Source: Laetmonice hystrix (taxonomy: Eukaryota). Taken from it: a DNA stretch of 64,000 nucleotides. Location of the stretch: assembly GCA_965235115.1 (NCBI GenBank), contig OZ249436.1:26662001-26726000 (forward strand), in the 5' to 3' direction. Below the pieces are notes generated by a model, which saw nothing but the letters and a program-made list of their open reading frames with translations, was not told the DNA's origin and ran no database searches. The position numbers and the translations under genes were made by a program. This document shows, one piece after another, positions 23,498 to 38,182 of this stretch; within the stretch, counting starts at the first letter, position 1, and each line of letters starts with the position of its first letter.

Positions 23498-25974
23498 TGT
23501 AGTTAACGCACTTAACTGCTATCGGCCCTTGCATTAACAATACCCTTCCTGTTAGAGATCCCAGCCAGTTCGGGACCGCAACTTTCGGGATGAGATCTTT
23601 TTACTGCAGAAATATAAGCAATGGTAATATAAAGAATTGAAGTTTTCGCAGATCTAGTCGCATTTACCCGTTAGCCTCACATCTGCCATACGTTATACGG
23701 AGGATATAGCAAAAAGTATGTACATTGACCTAACGGACAGCAAAGGAAGTTTGGTCACCTAAGAACTTTGTGCAATGAGCATAACGTAATTAATGGATAC
23801 AAGTTCGAAGAACTTCTCGGCCAGCTTGGTAATGGGATGGTGATGTCAGGTGTTTGTATCACAGAAGCAGCTGTTTAGGGACCCCCCCCCCCCCGACCGT
23901 TGCAATTTTTTTATGAGAGTAAACATAAATCAGTGCACTTGGTCAAAGCAAGTTGAAATCAATGTGATTTGAGATGTACATTGAAGCATAGCCACGTGGG
24001 CCTTATGACGTCATGATATATATGCCTCTCAATCGTCATTTCGAAACACACTATATCAAGGAACAATGGAGACCGTGGAGAAACCTTTATTTTCTATAGA
24101 TTAGACAAATCATGTTTTACGAGGGTATGATATATTTCCAGTGGCACACGTTCTTGGTATACCTGTAATGTAGCCAGACGGGGCGTAACGCCGGAGATCT
24201 GCTTGCACCATAACTGTTTAGCCATGTTATTACTATAGGGCGCGATGTGATGCTCAAAAACATCATGTTGTTTATGCAGACCTAGCGACCACCGGCTAAA
24301 CCTTGCTTTTGGTTGACCCCGACTGGGGGAAACCCACCGGACTTATAGCACTGTGAATCCGGGCGTTATTTGGCACATCTTAAAACGTGGTCATAATTAT
24401 AAGATAGGCCACATATTTATAGAATAATATATCATCGAGTTGACCGCGGCTGGTTAACTGCTTTGCTCAAATCTTGGCCCTTAGCTTTATTGCCTGAGGA
24501 CACACAGCGACATCGTGAGTGTCGTTGAGTCATGTACAAACTATACAATTGTTTGTATGCGTCCTACTCTGTCTTCGCGAGGGTGGCGCAGTGGTTAGGG
24601 TGCGGGATCTTTCATCCAAAAGTTCTGAGCCGCCGCCTCGCCGGACTTTCTTGCATTGCAGTGTTGCCGACTGCTTTATTAAAGTCCAGCCGTGTCACAA
24701 CACGTCGTGACGTCTATGTGCAGGCAATCTCCCATAATGCAGAGGGGCTTGCTCCACTACCCCTCTGCCACACCTCACTTTTTACGGCGACAATCGCTCC
24801 TCTACATACGCGTTTAACCCCGTTTTCGGCCGCCCTTTATGGTATCTATAAAATTTAACGTAGGCCTACCTCTATATCCCAAAACCGAGATTATAACAAG
24901 TGACATTCACCGTAGATATTAGGAACTACATTTGCGGAGGGAAATCAGCTATAGCCACAAGTCAGTTGGCCAATTTCGGGATGATTCGAAATACTTCGGG
25001 TTTTTCCGACTAGGTACTTCCGTTCAACATAGCGGCTGCACTTGATTTCTCTGAAGATTTAGATGTTTGTGTGGCATCATATTCTGACAGTCTGCGCCGT
25101 AAAAGTAAACACTAAGAGTGCCTCAGCAAAATCAAGCAGCCACGATTCCAGCTGGGCTGGCCCGGTCGGGGATTTGTGGGATTTCTAGGTCAGGTCAGGG
25201 GTCACTCAAACGGCAGTACCCAGCCTGTGGCAGAGATTGAATGAAGTGAACGATCTCTGTCCGGAGAGTGATGTGGAGGGGCACCTTAACCCTTTCCATG
25301 CCGAATTTATTTGTTAGACCCCTTCATTTTTCTGAATATTTTTACGGCAATTTCAACATGTCTTTGGAAAATAATTATTGTGAAGGAATAAATAGATGTA
25401 TGCAAACCAAACGAACTTTTAAACATCTCTCGAAAAGAGCCAGGATGACCTTAACAGTGGAATGTTCCGTAGAAATCATGTTTAGCTCTACCTAGGAAAG
25501 CATGGATTCCGTCTCATCTCGAAAGATGTGTAGTGGAGAGGGTCCATTGTCCTGCTCAACATTCCTTTTTAGGGAAGTGGCTGTGGCCGAGTGGGCATGG
25601 GCCTTGATACCTTATGCTATGCGAGTCCACTAGAGGACTATAGAACTTTTCTCTTTCCAGACATTCTCAAAGTAACTGGGTTACGCCTTATGCCCGTGCA
25701 TTTAAAAAGAAAATCACTCACTCTCCTCGAGAATTCCATAAAATAGTTACACTCAGTGTATCATAATGGATAACACGGAATTAAATGCTCTGTAACGAAA
25801 TACATTGAGAAGTGAGGGAATATGCGTAAGGGGTATAGAAAAAAATCGTCCTGTCCAATGGCTGACAAATCTCGCGGAAGAAACCAAATGGCCGACCGAC
25901 CTACATGACGGGCTTTTGGGTCAAACTTAGATGAACCTAGCAGAGGTCTTGCTTTGCTAAGCTATCGTACCAGA

Positions 25975-26647
25975 CTGCTCGACGAGTCAAGGTTTTTGAT
26001 CCTCGAGTGGAGGTTTATGCTCGTCGAGTGCATGTTTTGGTCGTCGAGTCGAGGTTTATGGTCGTCGAGTCCATGTTTCGGTCGTCGAGTCGAGGTTTCT
26101 GCTTGTCGAGTGCATGTTTTGGTCGTCGAGTCGAGGTTTCTGCTTGTCGAGTCCATGTTTTGGTCGTCGAGTCGAGGTTTATGGTCGTCGAGTATATGTT
26201 TTGGTCGTCGAGTCGAGGTTTCTGCTCGTCGAGTCCATGTTTTGGTCGTCGAGTCGAGGTTTATGGTCGTCGAGTCCATGTTTTGGTCGTCGAGTGGAGG
26301 TTTCTGCTCGTCGAGTCCATGTTTTGGTCGTCGAGTCGAGGTTTATGGTCGTCGAGTCCATGTTTTGTTTGTCGAGTCGAGGTTTATGGTCGTCGAGTCC
26401 ATGTTTTGGTCGTCGAGTCGAGGTTTCTGCTCATCGAGTCCATGTTTTGGTCGTCGAGTCGAGGTTTATGGTCGTCGAGTCCATGTTTTGGTCGTCGAGT
26501 CGAGGTTTCTGCTCGTCGAGTCCATGTTTTGGTCGTCGAGTCGAGGTTTATGGTCGTCGAGTATATGTTTTGGTCGTCGAGTCGAGGTTTATGGTCGTCG
26601 AGTCCATGTTTTGGTCGTCGAGTCGAGGTTTCTGCTCGTCGAGTCAT
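25975..26647. repeat. 20/21-bp minisatellite with 41-bp dimer and 82-bp higher-order structure
   Basis: gagtccatgttttggtcgtc alternates with gagtcgaggtttatggtcgtc or gagtcgaggtttctgctcgtc. Confidence 0.93.
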
Positions 26648-27126
26648 GGATTCGGAAGCTTGCAAAAATATACTACAGACGATCTATAAGTCACATTGTC
26701 CAAATGGATATCTATTTGAGGGTGTTCAGAAATGAAGTATCCCCCTTGGGGATAAGGAGCACAAATGATCCTCAGCTCCACCCCTGCCCCTTCATAATAG
26801 GCGACGAACGGGGCGAGTGTCTGATTGTAGTTCTGCGTGGCACAGATGGGGTTGGATCCTTCCAGCAGTACCATTTCTTTCACTGGCCCTCCCTATTGAT
26901 CCTCAACTAGCTCGTCAAATTTAAAGGCATTATTATAGCTGCGTGCAACGTCTAAGTGACTGGCCATACAGAAGAACATTTCGCATTTTTCGAAAAGAGC
27001 GAGGTATTGCTTCCCAGTGGTGGGTTTCTTTCGCACTCCATCCTCATCGCCCGACCATTGCACGGGGCGTGGGGAGCAAGAGGTCCCAACATGTTTTGAA
27101 GGTTCTTTCCTTACCCGAACAGGTGT
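26647..27126 (-). pseudogene. 160-codon frame with a single internal stop, product unknown
   Basis: ...KQYLALFEKCEMFFCMASHLDVARSYNNAFKFDELVEDQ*GGPVKEMVLLEGSNPICATQNYNQTLAPFVAYYEGAGVELRIICAPYPQGGYFISEHPQIDIHLDNVTYRSSVVYF; bounded by minisatellites. Confidence 0.4.
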
Positions 27127-27149
27127 TCAATCACAATGTAGGGTAAAAA

Positions 27150-27748
27150 TCTACGGTACATGCAAACCTCCTGAACTTGAACTGATGCCCAGCCTACGGT
27201 ACACTCAACTGATGCCCAACCTACGGTACAAACCTCCTGAACCGACACTGATGCCCAGCCTACGGTACAAACCTCCTGAACCCACACTGATGCCCAACCT
27301 ATACGGTACAAACCTCCTCAACCTCAACTGATGCCCAACCTACGGTACAAAGCTCCTGAAGCTCCATCAAATGCCCAGCCTACGGTACAAACCTCCTCAA
27401 CCTCACCTGGTGCCCAGCCTACGGTACAAACCTCCTGAACCCACACTGATGCCCAACCTACGGTACAAACCTCCCGAACCCACACTGATGCCCAACCTAC
27501 GGTACAAAGCTCCTGAACCTCTATCAAATGCCCAGCCTCCGGTACAAACCTCCTGAACCCACACTGATGCCCAGCCTACGGTACAAACCTCCTGAACCTC
27601 ACCTGATGCCCAACCTACGGTATACAAACCTCCTGAACCCACACTGATGCCCAGCCAACGGTACAAGCCTCCTGAACCTCACCTGATGCCCAACCTACGG
27701 TATACAAACCTCCTGAACCTCCATCAAATGCCCAGCCTACGGTACAAC
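27150..27748. repeat. 39-bp minisatellite, ~15 units
   Basis: gatgcccagcctacggtacaaacctcctgaacccacact repeated. Confidence 0.92.
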
Positions 27749-30234
27749 CCCCACTATAATTCCTCTCGCCACGAACCTCTGGGCCCCACCTTCCAACCCT
27801 ACACTATATAGAGGAACCAATCCCCTGAACGCCCCACTTTCGAGTATCTCACGGTGGCCTATATTTGCGGTGTTACTCGACCGGCAGGTAGAGGAGCGTG
27901 TAGAGTGTGCATTGATTGATGAAGACACACGACAGTGTTAACGTGACAGGCCATGTTTATGCAGGAATTCATGATAGTTTTGGCGGGAACGTTTCTTCAA
28001 GTTACGCCGCCTCAAACGTGGCCGCCAGAATTGGGTCGAGTCTGTTATGATCCGACGGTCGTACACGGGTCAGGCGGGGTCACTCCGGAGTTACCAGCCG
28101 GGGTAGCGCTGCCAATAGACTGCCAGCTTTACAGCCATGCCAGATTCCTAGGGGTTACTATGGCAGCAGGGAAGAAGAGAAAAAAGAGCTACCTTTGCAC
28201 CCTCTGGCAATGTCTGTAACATAGAAGAACGAACAGGGAACCCAGGTTTCCATAAGCACGCTGTCTATTTGAAAGGGTGCGCTAAGGCCTCCAGACATTA
28301 TATCGTACAACAAGTATACGATCTAAACTATATGCCTATAGTATACGATAGTTAACCGTTTGCTAACTCCTGTACGATAATTAACCGTCTGCTAACTGCG
28401 ACTGGATATGTGGACTACAGGCTCTTCACTATTCGATGAGCATCACTTGTAACTGGAATGTTGTTGATGTACCTCGATGATCGTCATCAACATTGTACCA
28501 GAATAATAAGTGGGTGAATATTTAAAAGTAAGCGTATCAAATAGAGAAATCGTTTAAAATGAAATGCAGGTTATTCACCCTCCTAGCTGAGCTATGTTTA
28601 GCTGTGTGAACATTGGTTGTAGGGTCTTCCTCCTTCTAAAAACACTGCTTTGTCTATTTTAAATGGCAAAAAAAAACCCGGCGACAGTGATTGCGGCGTT
28701 TTGTTTTTCGCCCTTGAGAAACTTGGCCTTCGGCTGTACATGTGTTAGGCCTATAGTTACGGAACCTTTGTGAGGTTAATCGAAACTTTTAATGTTAGCT
28801 TGAATAAGTCGATACTGGCTGAATGTTAAACACAACATTTGGGTAATGATTAAAGTGAAGGTAAACTAGCTACAACAACCGAAAAAACTTCTTAGAACGC
28901 TCTGTATGATACTCATGAGTCCTTACCTGTAGAATGCTGCTATTTATTAATTCATTTTGGGAATGTTTTCTTGCGAAATTTGCGCCGAACTCTAATATTT
29001 TCCAATCAATTGAATATACGACCATCGTCTTTTACCCGGTTTGTTTTCGTTTTTTGATAGGCTGATAGAAGAATATTTTATCTGTGATATGTTGGTCAAA
29101 AACCAGGTGGTCATATAAGAAGTAAAAGTATTTTTCAAAACGTTCTGTATTAATTATCGTATTTAGCCTTCCTTTTAAAAATATATTATCCAGTCCAGCC
29201 CTGACCCTTATACCATGACTCCATCCCTGAAATTCGTGGGATGTTATCATGGGGCCATATAACCCACTCCACGTGTGGTAAAATTCAGTTAAACTAACCC
29301 TCAGTGCGAACATATGGCAAACAGACACTGGCCTGACTCACAGTGCAATGATTGCTGGTAAGTCCGAAAGGAAAGTCTCGAACTGGCAAGGAATGCCGAA
29401 CTAAATGTCTCAGATGACCCCAGCTGTCCAGTTAGTCATCCAACAGAACATTCCTAACCTTTGCCCGCAGATGTAACCATCTACCCTGAACTGACCCTGG
29501 TCAGTCGAAGTATTCAGTTCCCGACAGGAACGTGAAGACGAGACGGAAGAAACTTCTGTTCGTTTTGCCACAGATTCAAACCGTCGGATAGAAAGCGCAG
29601 GTATTTAAGACCGCTTCAAATAAACTACTGGAAACCAGAGTTCTTCGTTCGTCTTGCTTGGCCAGAGTTAGCTTGTGGTTAGCGGCACTCGATTCTGATT
29701 TGTCTAGACTTTACTCTACCTGTTACAGTCATTTTGGTTGTTAGGTGTCCCATTGCGCACATAAAGGAAACCTCGCAATTTTTTCGTATAATAATAATAA
29801 CAACAACAACAACTCCATTTAAAACTTTAAAATTCATAATCCACCATGAAGTTTTTCAATTATTTTTGACATGGACCACTGGACGTAAAAAGATAGTGTT
29901 ATTACTCGTACGGTTCTGTATTGAAAGGTTTGGAGAAACTGAAAGGTCTCAGTCTTCAGTAACTCCGCACATTTACTCTGTATGCATATAGCATATTATA
30001 AATTGTGCCTCGATTAAATAGATTTATTCTCACCCTCCTGGTGAACCGTATCGTTTAAACCTTCTCAATGTTTTAGTACACTACTTCATTGCTTCATATC
30101 AAAATACGAAGCATTTGTCAATCCCGCCGTGAGTTATGGCAGAGAGAAGACTTTACGGTTGGCAGGCAGGGGCGACGGCGCGTGGGATGGAGTCCCTGGG
30201 ACTGGGGTGGTGTTCCGAGCAGACCCCGACCAGG

Positions 30235-31085
30235 TCCTGTTGTAAGACCACCCACATCCCCCTACAACCACTACGGTCGGTAGTAGGTTCACTCCCCTGT
30301 TGTTAGACCCCCGCCCTACAACCAACACGGTCGGTAGTAGGTTCATTCCCTGTTGCTAGACCTCCCCCCCCACACACACACACACCTACCACGGTCGATA
30401 GCAGGTTGTTAGACCCCCGCCCTACAACCAACACGGTCGGTAGTAGGTTCATTCCCTGTTGCTAGACCCCCCCCCCCACACACACACACACCTACCACGG
30501 TCGATAGCAGGTTGTTAGACCCCCGCCCTACAACCAACACGGTCGGTAGTAGGTTCATTCCCTGTTGCTAGACTCCCCCCCACACACACACACCTTGTAA
30601 AGTTGATTAATGGTAATTTTTTGGGACTGGGCAGTTTTGAAAACCGGTATCACATATATGTACCGAAAACTTCTCAGTATAAATAAAGGAATGAAAAAAA
30701 AAAAAAAAAGACCTACCACGGTCGATAGCAGGTTCATTCACCTGTTGTTAGACCCCCGCCCTACAACCAACACGGTCGGTAGTAGGTTCATTCCCTGTTG
30801 CTAGACCCCCCCCTCCCACACACACACAACCACCACGGTCGGTAGTAGGTTCATTCACCTGTTGTTAGACCCCCCTCCCACCCTACAACCATCACGGTCG
30901 GTAGTAGGTTCATTTCCTTGTTGCTAGACCTTTCCCCTACAACTACCACGGTCGGTGGTAGGTTCATTCCCATATTGTTAGACCCGCCCCCACAACCACC
31001 ACGGTCGGTAGTAGGCTCATTCCCTGTTGCTAGACCCCCCCCCCCCCCCCATACAACCACCACGGTCGGTAGTAGGTTCATTCAT
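30235..31085. repeat. ~55-bp minisatellite with C/CA tracts
   Basis: cacggtcggtagtaggttcattccctgttgctagacccc repeated, interrupted at ~30595-30710. Confidence 0.88.
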
Positions 31086-33496
31086 TGTCGCCAAGTATAG
31101 TGGTAGCCAATATATATTTACACATGTGGCTTCAGGATCGCAGCACCGCCGAACGTCCCACTATATACACCAAACCACTGAAGGTCATGGGTGAACAGTT
31201 GAGCTTGAATTAATTAATAGTAACTCGCATTGCGTACCCGTTCCGACAACCCGACAAGCCTCATCTCCCCATACGCCCCTCGCACTCCTAACGATGTCCT
31301 CTTGTCGGATGTTGGACTTGGAGTGACTCAACCAAGCTGAAAGATATTTCGCGTGGTATTTTTGAACAAAGTTTAAGTAAAATGGAACATGAAAGTAAAC
31401 TAACTTTTGTTGGAGAATCCCAAACGACCAACAGCAAGGCTGTAATTGCAATGGGACAACTTGCTAAGTGAAAGGTATCACTTATTATATTTTTATCATC
31501 ATTCATAAGGGGAAAAACGAAAGAATATAGTGATTATAATATTATGAAGAGTCTATCCTCTTGATAGCGTCAAATATCAATTCTCTAGGATATAACTTGG
31601 CTGTACGTATCTTTTAATCAACATCAAACCGCGATTTAATATTTAGAATATATAGCTATAAACAAAGTATGAAAGGGTTTGAAAACGGCCTTGTTTTCCT
31701 CTTCTTACATGAGGGCACATCATAAAATACATTCTACACTAACTCCAACCCCCACATACACATACAACCCTACATCCAACCCTCGCCTCAATATACCATA
31801 CATTTATATCTATATATACAGATACCCGGTACTACAAACGCCATCTTCAAAAAGGATTCCATTTTTCTTCTCGCATCTCAATATAGCCCCTTTCGTTGAC
31901 TTGGCAACAGATGAGGCATTACTTTTTAGGATGTGTTCTTCATCCCTCGTTTGACACTCTTTTTTTTCCTCCCCAGTTTTCTTCTTTCGGCTATAGGGTG
32001 AATGATATATGGCGGAGTCATTTAGTATAGAGACGTCAGCACTGCGATATGACGGTGCGTAATAAGCCAAGCAGTTGGAGCTCACCTATCAGGTTTCGTA
32101 TCGACCCCCTGTCAGCCTGCCAACTGATGGCGGTTACTGTTGTGGCTGAACGTACATAACAAAAAATACTCTCCCGATAAAACGCTATGTATTTCGTGTA
32201 GTATACGTTGGGTAGGATTTCTGAAGTGAATGGCAGGCATCTAGGCCAAGCCGGGGTAGTACACGAACATACGCTCTCCGCGCAGGCGATAGTCACCACA
32301 TGTGGACCGCGTATGTACAAAACTATAGTATGCGCCCGGCTAACTTGTATAGTGCTCTGTTCATACAGAGGTGTTAAACCGGCTAGGGGCCAAAATATTA
32401 ACAGATTATGTAGGCCTATATCGGAGCACGCTATGTCGACTGAGTTAGGTGGGTTTGATATTCTCTCTGCTTGGATCACTGTGTATTGATCCCGATAATC
32501 GCCTATATATCATTAGAGTTTGCCGGTTGTTTTCTTTCTGTTGCCTTCATCAGGTCAGCGAAAGAACTGGAGATAAACAAGAAAACCGTCATCCGGTCTA
32601 ACTTGTCTGAACACAGCTCTTATATAAAGTCCTACGTTGCTTTTGCATTATCCTGTTTGCAATGGCACCATTTTTGAATGTCGGTCCATGCAATCTACCA
32701 CGTGGATCTAGCTCGGTCGCCCTCCAATCTTTTTCTCTGGCGTCTGGTTATTGGAATGCCACTTCCGCCGTCCTCAGGGCCCGACTCGCTCGATGGCAGA
32801 CATCCGATTAATGATACGACCGTGTTGTTTTATATGTTGGTTTATATGAAAGTGCAAGAACACTCATGGCAGCGCTGGGAAATACACACATTCTGAATCT
32901 GTCGCCTGTGAGCAGTATACAGATTTGGTGTGCGTGTTTTATGTGCGTGAAAGAGAAAGCATAGGAAGAGAGAAAGTACTGATTCACTGTGATGAATGTT
33001 AGTTCTGACCAACTTCTGCCTTGCAGTATCGGGGGTCTGATTCCAAGTCTTTTTTAAAGATAGGCCTCATGATAACATGCCTTCCAACAAATATTATTGG
33101 TATTGGACTATTTTTTTGTATTTCCCCCTTTTTTCTATGGGAGGAGTTGAGTATAGTGTTTGTTTCGAAACCATAATGGATCCATGGATCAGTGTTTAAG
33201 TTAAGACCCACAAGACGAAATGAAACAGTAGGACTCTGATATAAGACTCTGCATGTGGTCGACAGAGATACCAGAGGTTACATTTCGAACCAGCACACCG
33301 GTGGTAATAACGCCCATAGTTTTACTTCCGGGGATCAAATGAGTATGGCCAACCGCAAACGTCCTGGACCTGTAGCGGAAGTAGACCTGCTTACCGGTAT
33401 ATATATTGATGCGCGCGCATAGGATGGGATTCCCCCGTTGACTGGCGTTGTTGACAATATGTCTAAGTGATTGGTGGAGTGGGGAGGATTGTTCCG

Positions 33497-34273
33497 GCTA
33501 GATATATCTTAGCGCCTAGATATGTCTGATGAAAAGTCACGACTAGATATGTCCGCGGATTTAGTTGTGCCCGTCTAAATCAGCTGGTTATGTCCGGAAG
33601 TCGAGATATGTCGCAAAATCAGATTTGTCCGCAGAATTCGGCTAGATATGTCCGCAAAATAGATGATATTTAGTCCGTAGAATTAAGCTAGATCCGTCTA
33701 CAAAGTCAGATTTGTCCACAGATATCGACTAGATCTGTCTGCAAATTCATATTTGTCCTAAGAATTCGTCCGCCGATTTAGACCGAGTTTTGTCGGTATA
33801 ATGTCGACTAGATATACGTCCGCAGGAACTTTTTACCGACGTCTAAAGTTACATCTACTACACATCTATCCTTCGATGCTTCAGTAACCTTGCGAAAACG
33901 ACGTCTATGGCACACGGGACTTCTTTATGAAAACGACGTCTATGGCACACGGGACTATTACCATTTTTTGGTCACACTCTGCGGACAAAGCTCGGTCTAA
34001 ATCGGTGGACGAATTCTTGAGATAAAATCGAATTTTCAGACATATCTAGCCGAATTCTGCGGACAAAATTTAAACTGAATTTGCGGACATATCTAGCCGA
34101 ATTCTGCGGACAAATTTGAATTTGCGGACGTAATTATCTAACCGAATTTTGCAGATAAATATGAATTTGCGGACATATCTAGCCGAATTATGCGGACAAA
34201 TCTGAGTTTGCGGACAAAATATTTTCATCAGACACTTTTTTACCAGACTTATCGAGGCGCTGGGATATATAGC
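33497..34273. mobile_element. Foldback-type element: long inverted arms built of ~35-bp subrepeats
   Basis: gctagatatatcttagcgcct / aggcgctgggatatatagc ends; gctagatatgtccgca repeats on the left, tgcggacatatctagc on the right; 33762-33796 is inverted at 33981-34016. Confidence 0.75.
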
Positions 34274-37200
34274 CAGAACAGGCTCCTGCGATGCCACTGG
34301 CGTTTTTTTTCCCATTATCGGTCATCGTTTGAACTCTAGGTTACAGATAACGGGTAATGCCGATTCGAATAACGGTTCGAATTCGTCTTGAGACGTAGAG
34401 GTCGCAATGTTTCCATTCAGAATGACCTTGAACTTAGTCTTACGTATGACATGGCACATTGTCTGGTTTCTCCACGTATTTCTATGGGTTCAAACAACAC
34501 AGGTGGTGAAATATATTGAAAAGCATCACATTAAAGATAAAATCTTTAGATAAAATGTTTAGTTCGTTATATCAAGGGTTCGACAACTGAATTATTACGG
34601 TATTCTTTCATAAGGTAAACAAAGTAAGAGCCAATGAGAAAAAAAGGTAAGAAAGAGTACGAGGGAGAAGAAAGATGCAGTCTCGGCTTCAGGCAAGAAA
34701 AGACTAAAAGAAAAAAAACATTCAGTTTTCCTCCCGAAAATCATTTGGTTATTGGTTTCCATAAACTCTGACATAAATCCTAGTGTTGAAAGGAAGCATA
34801 TTTTGCCATAGACTTAAGCAGAGAGCGGTCTATGCTTACAAAGTTAGCTACATGTCTGCGGTCGATTCACCTTTAACATTTGTATAGGCCTAATTTTAGC
34901 ATCAATGACGTAAAGCGTAGTCCACATAGTAAATGAGTAGGTCAAACGTCGACGCAGTCACTGATATATCGTTTGCAGTGAAACCAATCAGAATTTCTTC
35001 ACATACAGGTTAAAACACTGAAAGTCAATATTGAGTGAGCGACCTGTCGGTAAAGATTGGAGGTTTAGATTACTGTAAATTCACGAGGGGGGAGCAGCAG
35101 GCTGGGGACCCAATGACCAGTCAGGTCGTTGGACACGTCAAGTCCTCGGGCGGATACATGTAATGGGACTCAGTGGGTTACTAATACAGTTATATCCGGA
35201 GCTTACCGCCTTGAGGCAGGGCGAGAACGGATAGGTCGTCATTAACTGATTATTGTAAACACCTTACAGGAAGGCTTATGATGCACTTCTAACTAATTAT
35301 AAGTGGAATCCCACAAAATGCGTCAACCCACGGATAATAGTTACCATGATAACTTCATTGAAGGTATATCATCACGCCTTAAAATAACTTCACTTGTACA
35401 ATCGTACCGCCATCCATTTATGTTCTATACTGCCACATGTGGAGCGGTAGAAATGAGTAGAACATGGTTCCCAGCTGGCGTAAAAAATGTGGTGTAAAAA
35501 AATATAGAAATAAAATACATACCATCAGGTTAGGGTTCCGCAGCACGAGCCCTGAGGGAAGTAAATACTGTCGTCAGAGCCAACACAATGCCGTTACTGT
35601 CCACCTCTAAACATCCTCCCCTCACCTGTTGATGAAATAGAAATAATCGTCAAGGTGTTTGCCTTGCCATTCACACGTAAATGCTTTGTTTTTACGCCTT
35701 TGCTGAATTAGCATTTAGAGTTATAGCCGCCTCTTGTGTCAATAGTACTATTTACACACCACACATAACTCAGCAAGGAAACAGCTACGCCGCGTGGCCT
35801 TACTACTCTTATGTTTACCTATGATTCCACACACACCAGTTAAGAATACAATCAATGATCCGAAAGGGAAATGTCAAAGCCGGATATCACTGCCATCATT
35901 TAGGTGACCTAAAACCGAAGACTCGCAGAGAAACGAAACTGTGGATACACGTATATTCATGTATGAAAAACAGTACCACAAGGTGAAATCACTTAGGTCC
36001 CTTTCACATGCCAAACAGAAAGGAGTCAATGCAAAAAACAACAACTGCAGAATCTACACCGTTTAGACTATAGTGTGCAATTCACTTACAAATAAAATAA
36101 CATGCAGATACTTTTGCATCACCTCATACTTTCACTTATGCCAATTCCCTCCAGTAGGCCTATATGCAGATCATGTATGCAGGTCATGAACACCATAAAT
36201 AAAATTCTTACGTGTGTATTGGAGCGAAACGTTTTCTCGAATACACTTCAGTATGCGAATTCTACAGTTCGGTTCTAATGCGCGTTAAATCCCCCCCCCC
36301 CCCCAAGTATTTTTAAACGTGTGTAGTGTTTGTTAGTGAAGACGTCATCGGTCTAGGACAAACATTGTCCTGCTGCCGTTGTTAACAACATCGTCAGTTC
36401 AAGAGATTTTGGTAGCATTATGACCAGAAAATGAAGTACACCAATCCATACCAAAGTCATACTGCATTCATCAGCCACTTTTACTCTTTTATACTCGGTT
36501 CAGATTTAAACCTTGATAACCATTTTCACCTGTACTTTGGGTTTTTCTGGAAGTACGTTACCTCGGTAGCTGACCGCGTTAGTCACTTGTAGTGTGTGTC
36601 CTACTTTATACTAGCTTTAGTAATTTTGGACTCTGCTGATCCGCACTATTGCTCCCCCCCCCATAAAATGAGAACTTGTAGGCCGACCTATTACCTTGGT
36701 CCCAGGCTGCATAGGTAGGCCTATGGAAACCATTGAATGAGATGCTATTGGAACAAACGGAGAAGACGAAATCAATGTTAGATAATCGATTTTATTCATC
36801 ATTTGACACGTTTGACGTTTGACATGGTTGGTGCAGACAAATTAATGAGGAATAAAATTGAGTATCCAACATTCGGATTTCGTCCTCACCGTGTGTTCCA
36901 TCTCGTGCATAGATGTTTGTACCCATTAACTTGGTCCCAGGCTATATTTGGGTTGTGGAAGGAAAACAAGGAGAATAATTCGGTCAACTCTGACTCGATT
37001 GGGGAAAATGACACACCATTATTTTTTCTGACACACCTGTTTTTCCGAGACGCCCTTTATAGCCATTTTGCACAAATACACGACCGTCGACAACGGGCTG
37101 TCGGAGAAATGGGCTGTCGGACTGGTGGTCTATTTCTCAGAGCCCAATAGTCCAAGAGTCCAATAGTCCGACAGCCCATTGCTCCGACGACTGTTGGACT

Positions 37201-37318
37201 ATAGTGGGCTGTCGGACTATATTGGACTGTCGGACTAAAGGACTGAATTCACTGACCTAAAACGCTGTTGTTTTCACGCTATTATTAATGTGTTGTTTGA
37301 ATAAATTGTCCATTGCAG

Positions 37319-37449
37319 CCAGATCAACATTGAAACAGTAGAGGACTTGGACTCCATACACGAGGAATTATTAGGTGTCCCATTGCTGCTGCGGGTGTGG
37401 GCGGAGAACGTTGTCCAAAACGAATACGAAAACGACCAAAAATGGGAAG
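37319..37449 (+). CDS. Coding exon A of an uncharacterised multi-exon gene
   Basis: cattgcag acceptor, G|gtaaat donor; QINIETVEDLDSIHEELLGVPLLLRVWAENVVQNEYENDQKWE; ends in phase 1. Confidence 0.7.
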
Positions 37450-38182
37450 GTAAATTTATATATTCAGTTATATTGATACAGATACCAAGATATGATATAT
37501 TATGTTATATGTGATTAATAATTATATGTTACGGTGTTTTTCTTGCCTGCTTTTTTCTGATAAATACGCTCTTTTTCGTTAAAATTCCAACCCAATGACT
37601 ATTTTTGATTTCACTAACGTGACCTTTTTAAAAATTGTTTCATAAATTCTAAGAGGTAGTTCTCGTACCAGAATTAGCATGAGAACTAGAACATTGACTT
37701 AATAACAATGGGATCACTAAAGGCTCATACACCTTCTTGTGGTTAATGAAAATAACGCAAGACATACCGTAATTACATTTGGGAAAAAGAGCTCTACATG
37801 TAATAAAAAACGAAAACCTCTGACAAGTAAGTTTTGACATTTGAATTCTGATTGCTGCCTTGGATCTTTTGTTGTTGTGCGTCCGTAGACGTCAGGTATG
37901 TAATGTATAATTTTGGTTATGGTAGAAGCACGTTACGTAGGCCTATATTATCTATATAGCAGTTCTTTGGCAACCGGTGAAAGTCGGCAATCTTGTTTCT
38001 CGTTTGAATCGACTTTGAAACATTTGTTATAATCTGCTCATCTATTTCTTTAGAATCAACGTCTTGGTCAACCAGTTATACATAAGTGTAACGGTATAAC
38101 AATAGTAAACAGGAATAATGACTATGAATAATGAATAATATGACAATGGGATCTGTTTAAGGCGACCTAGCCATGTTGATAG

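Noticed and set aside
22999..23537. His/Ala/Gly-rich (AAHG)n protein
   Set aside because: A 12-bp minisatellite open in five frames; no signal peptide or convincing splice sites.
24582..25640. tRNA/SINE heads at ~24582 and ~25575
   Set aside because: A-box-like motifs only; B boxes degenerate and boundaries undefined.
25954..26910. 318-aa, 242-aa and 191-aa ORFs; CRISPR-like periodicity
   Set aside because: Products of a stop-free 41-bp repeat that is open in all plus frames; no unique spacers and no cas genes.
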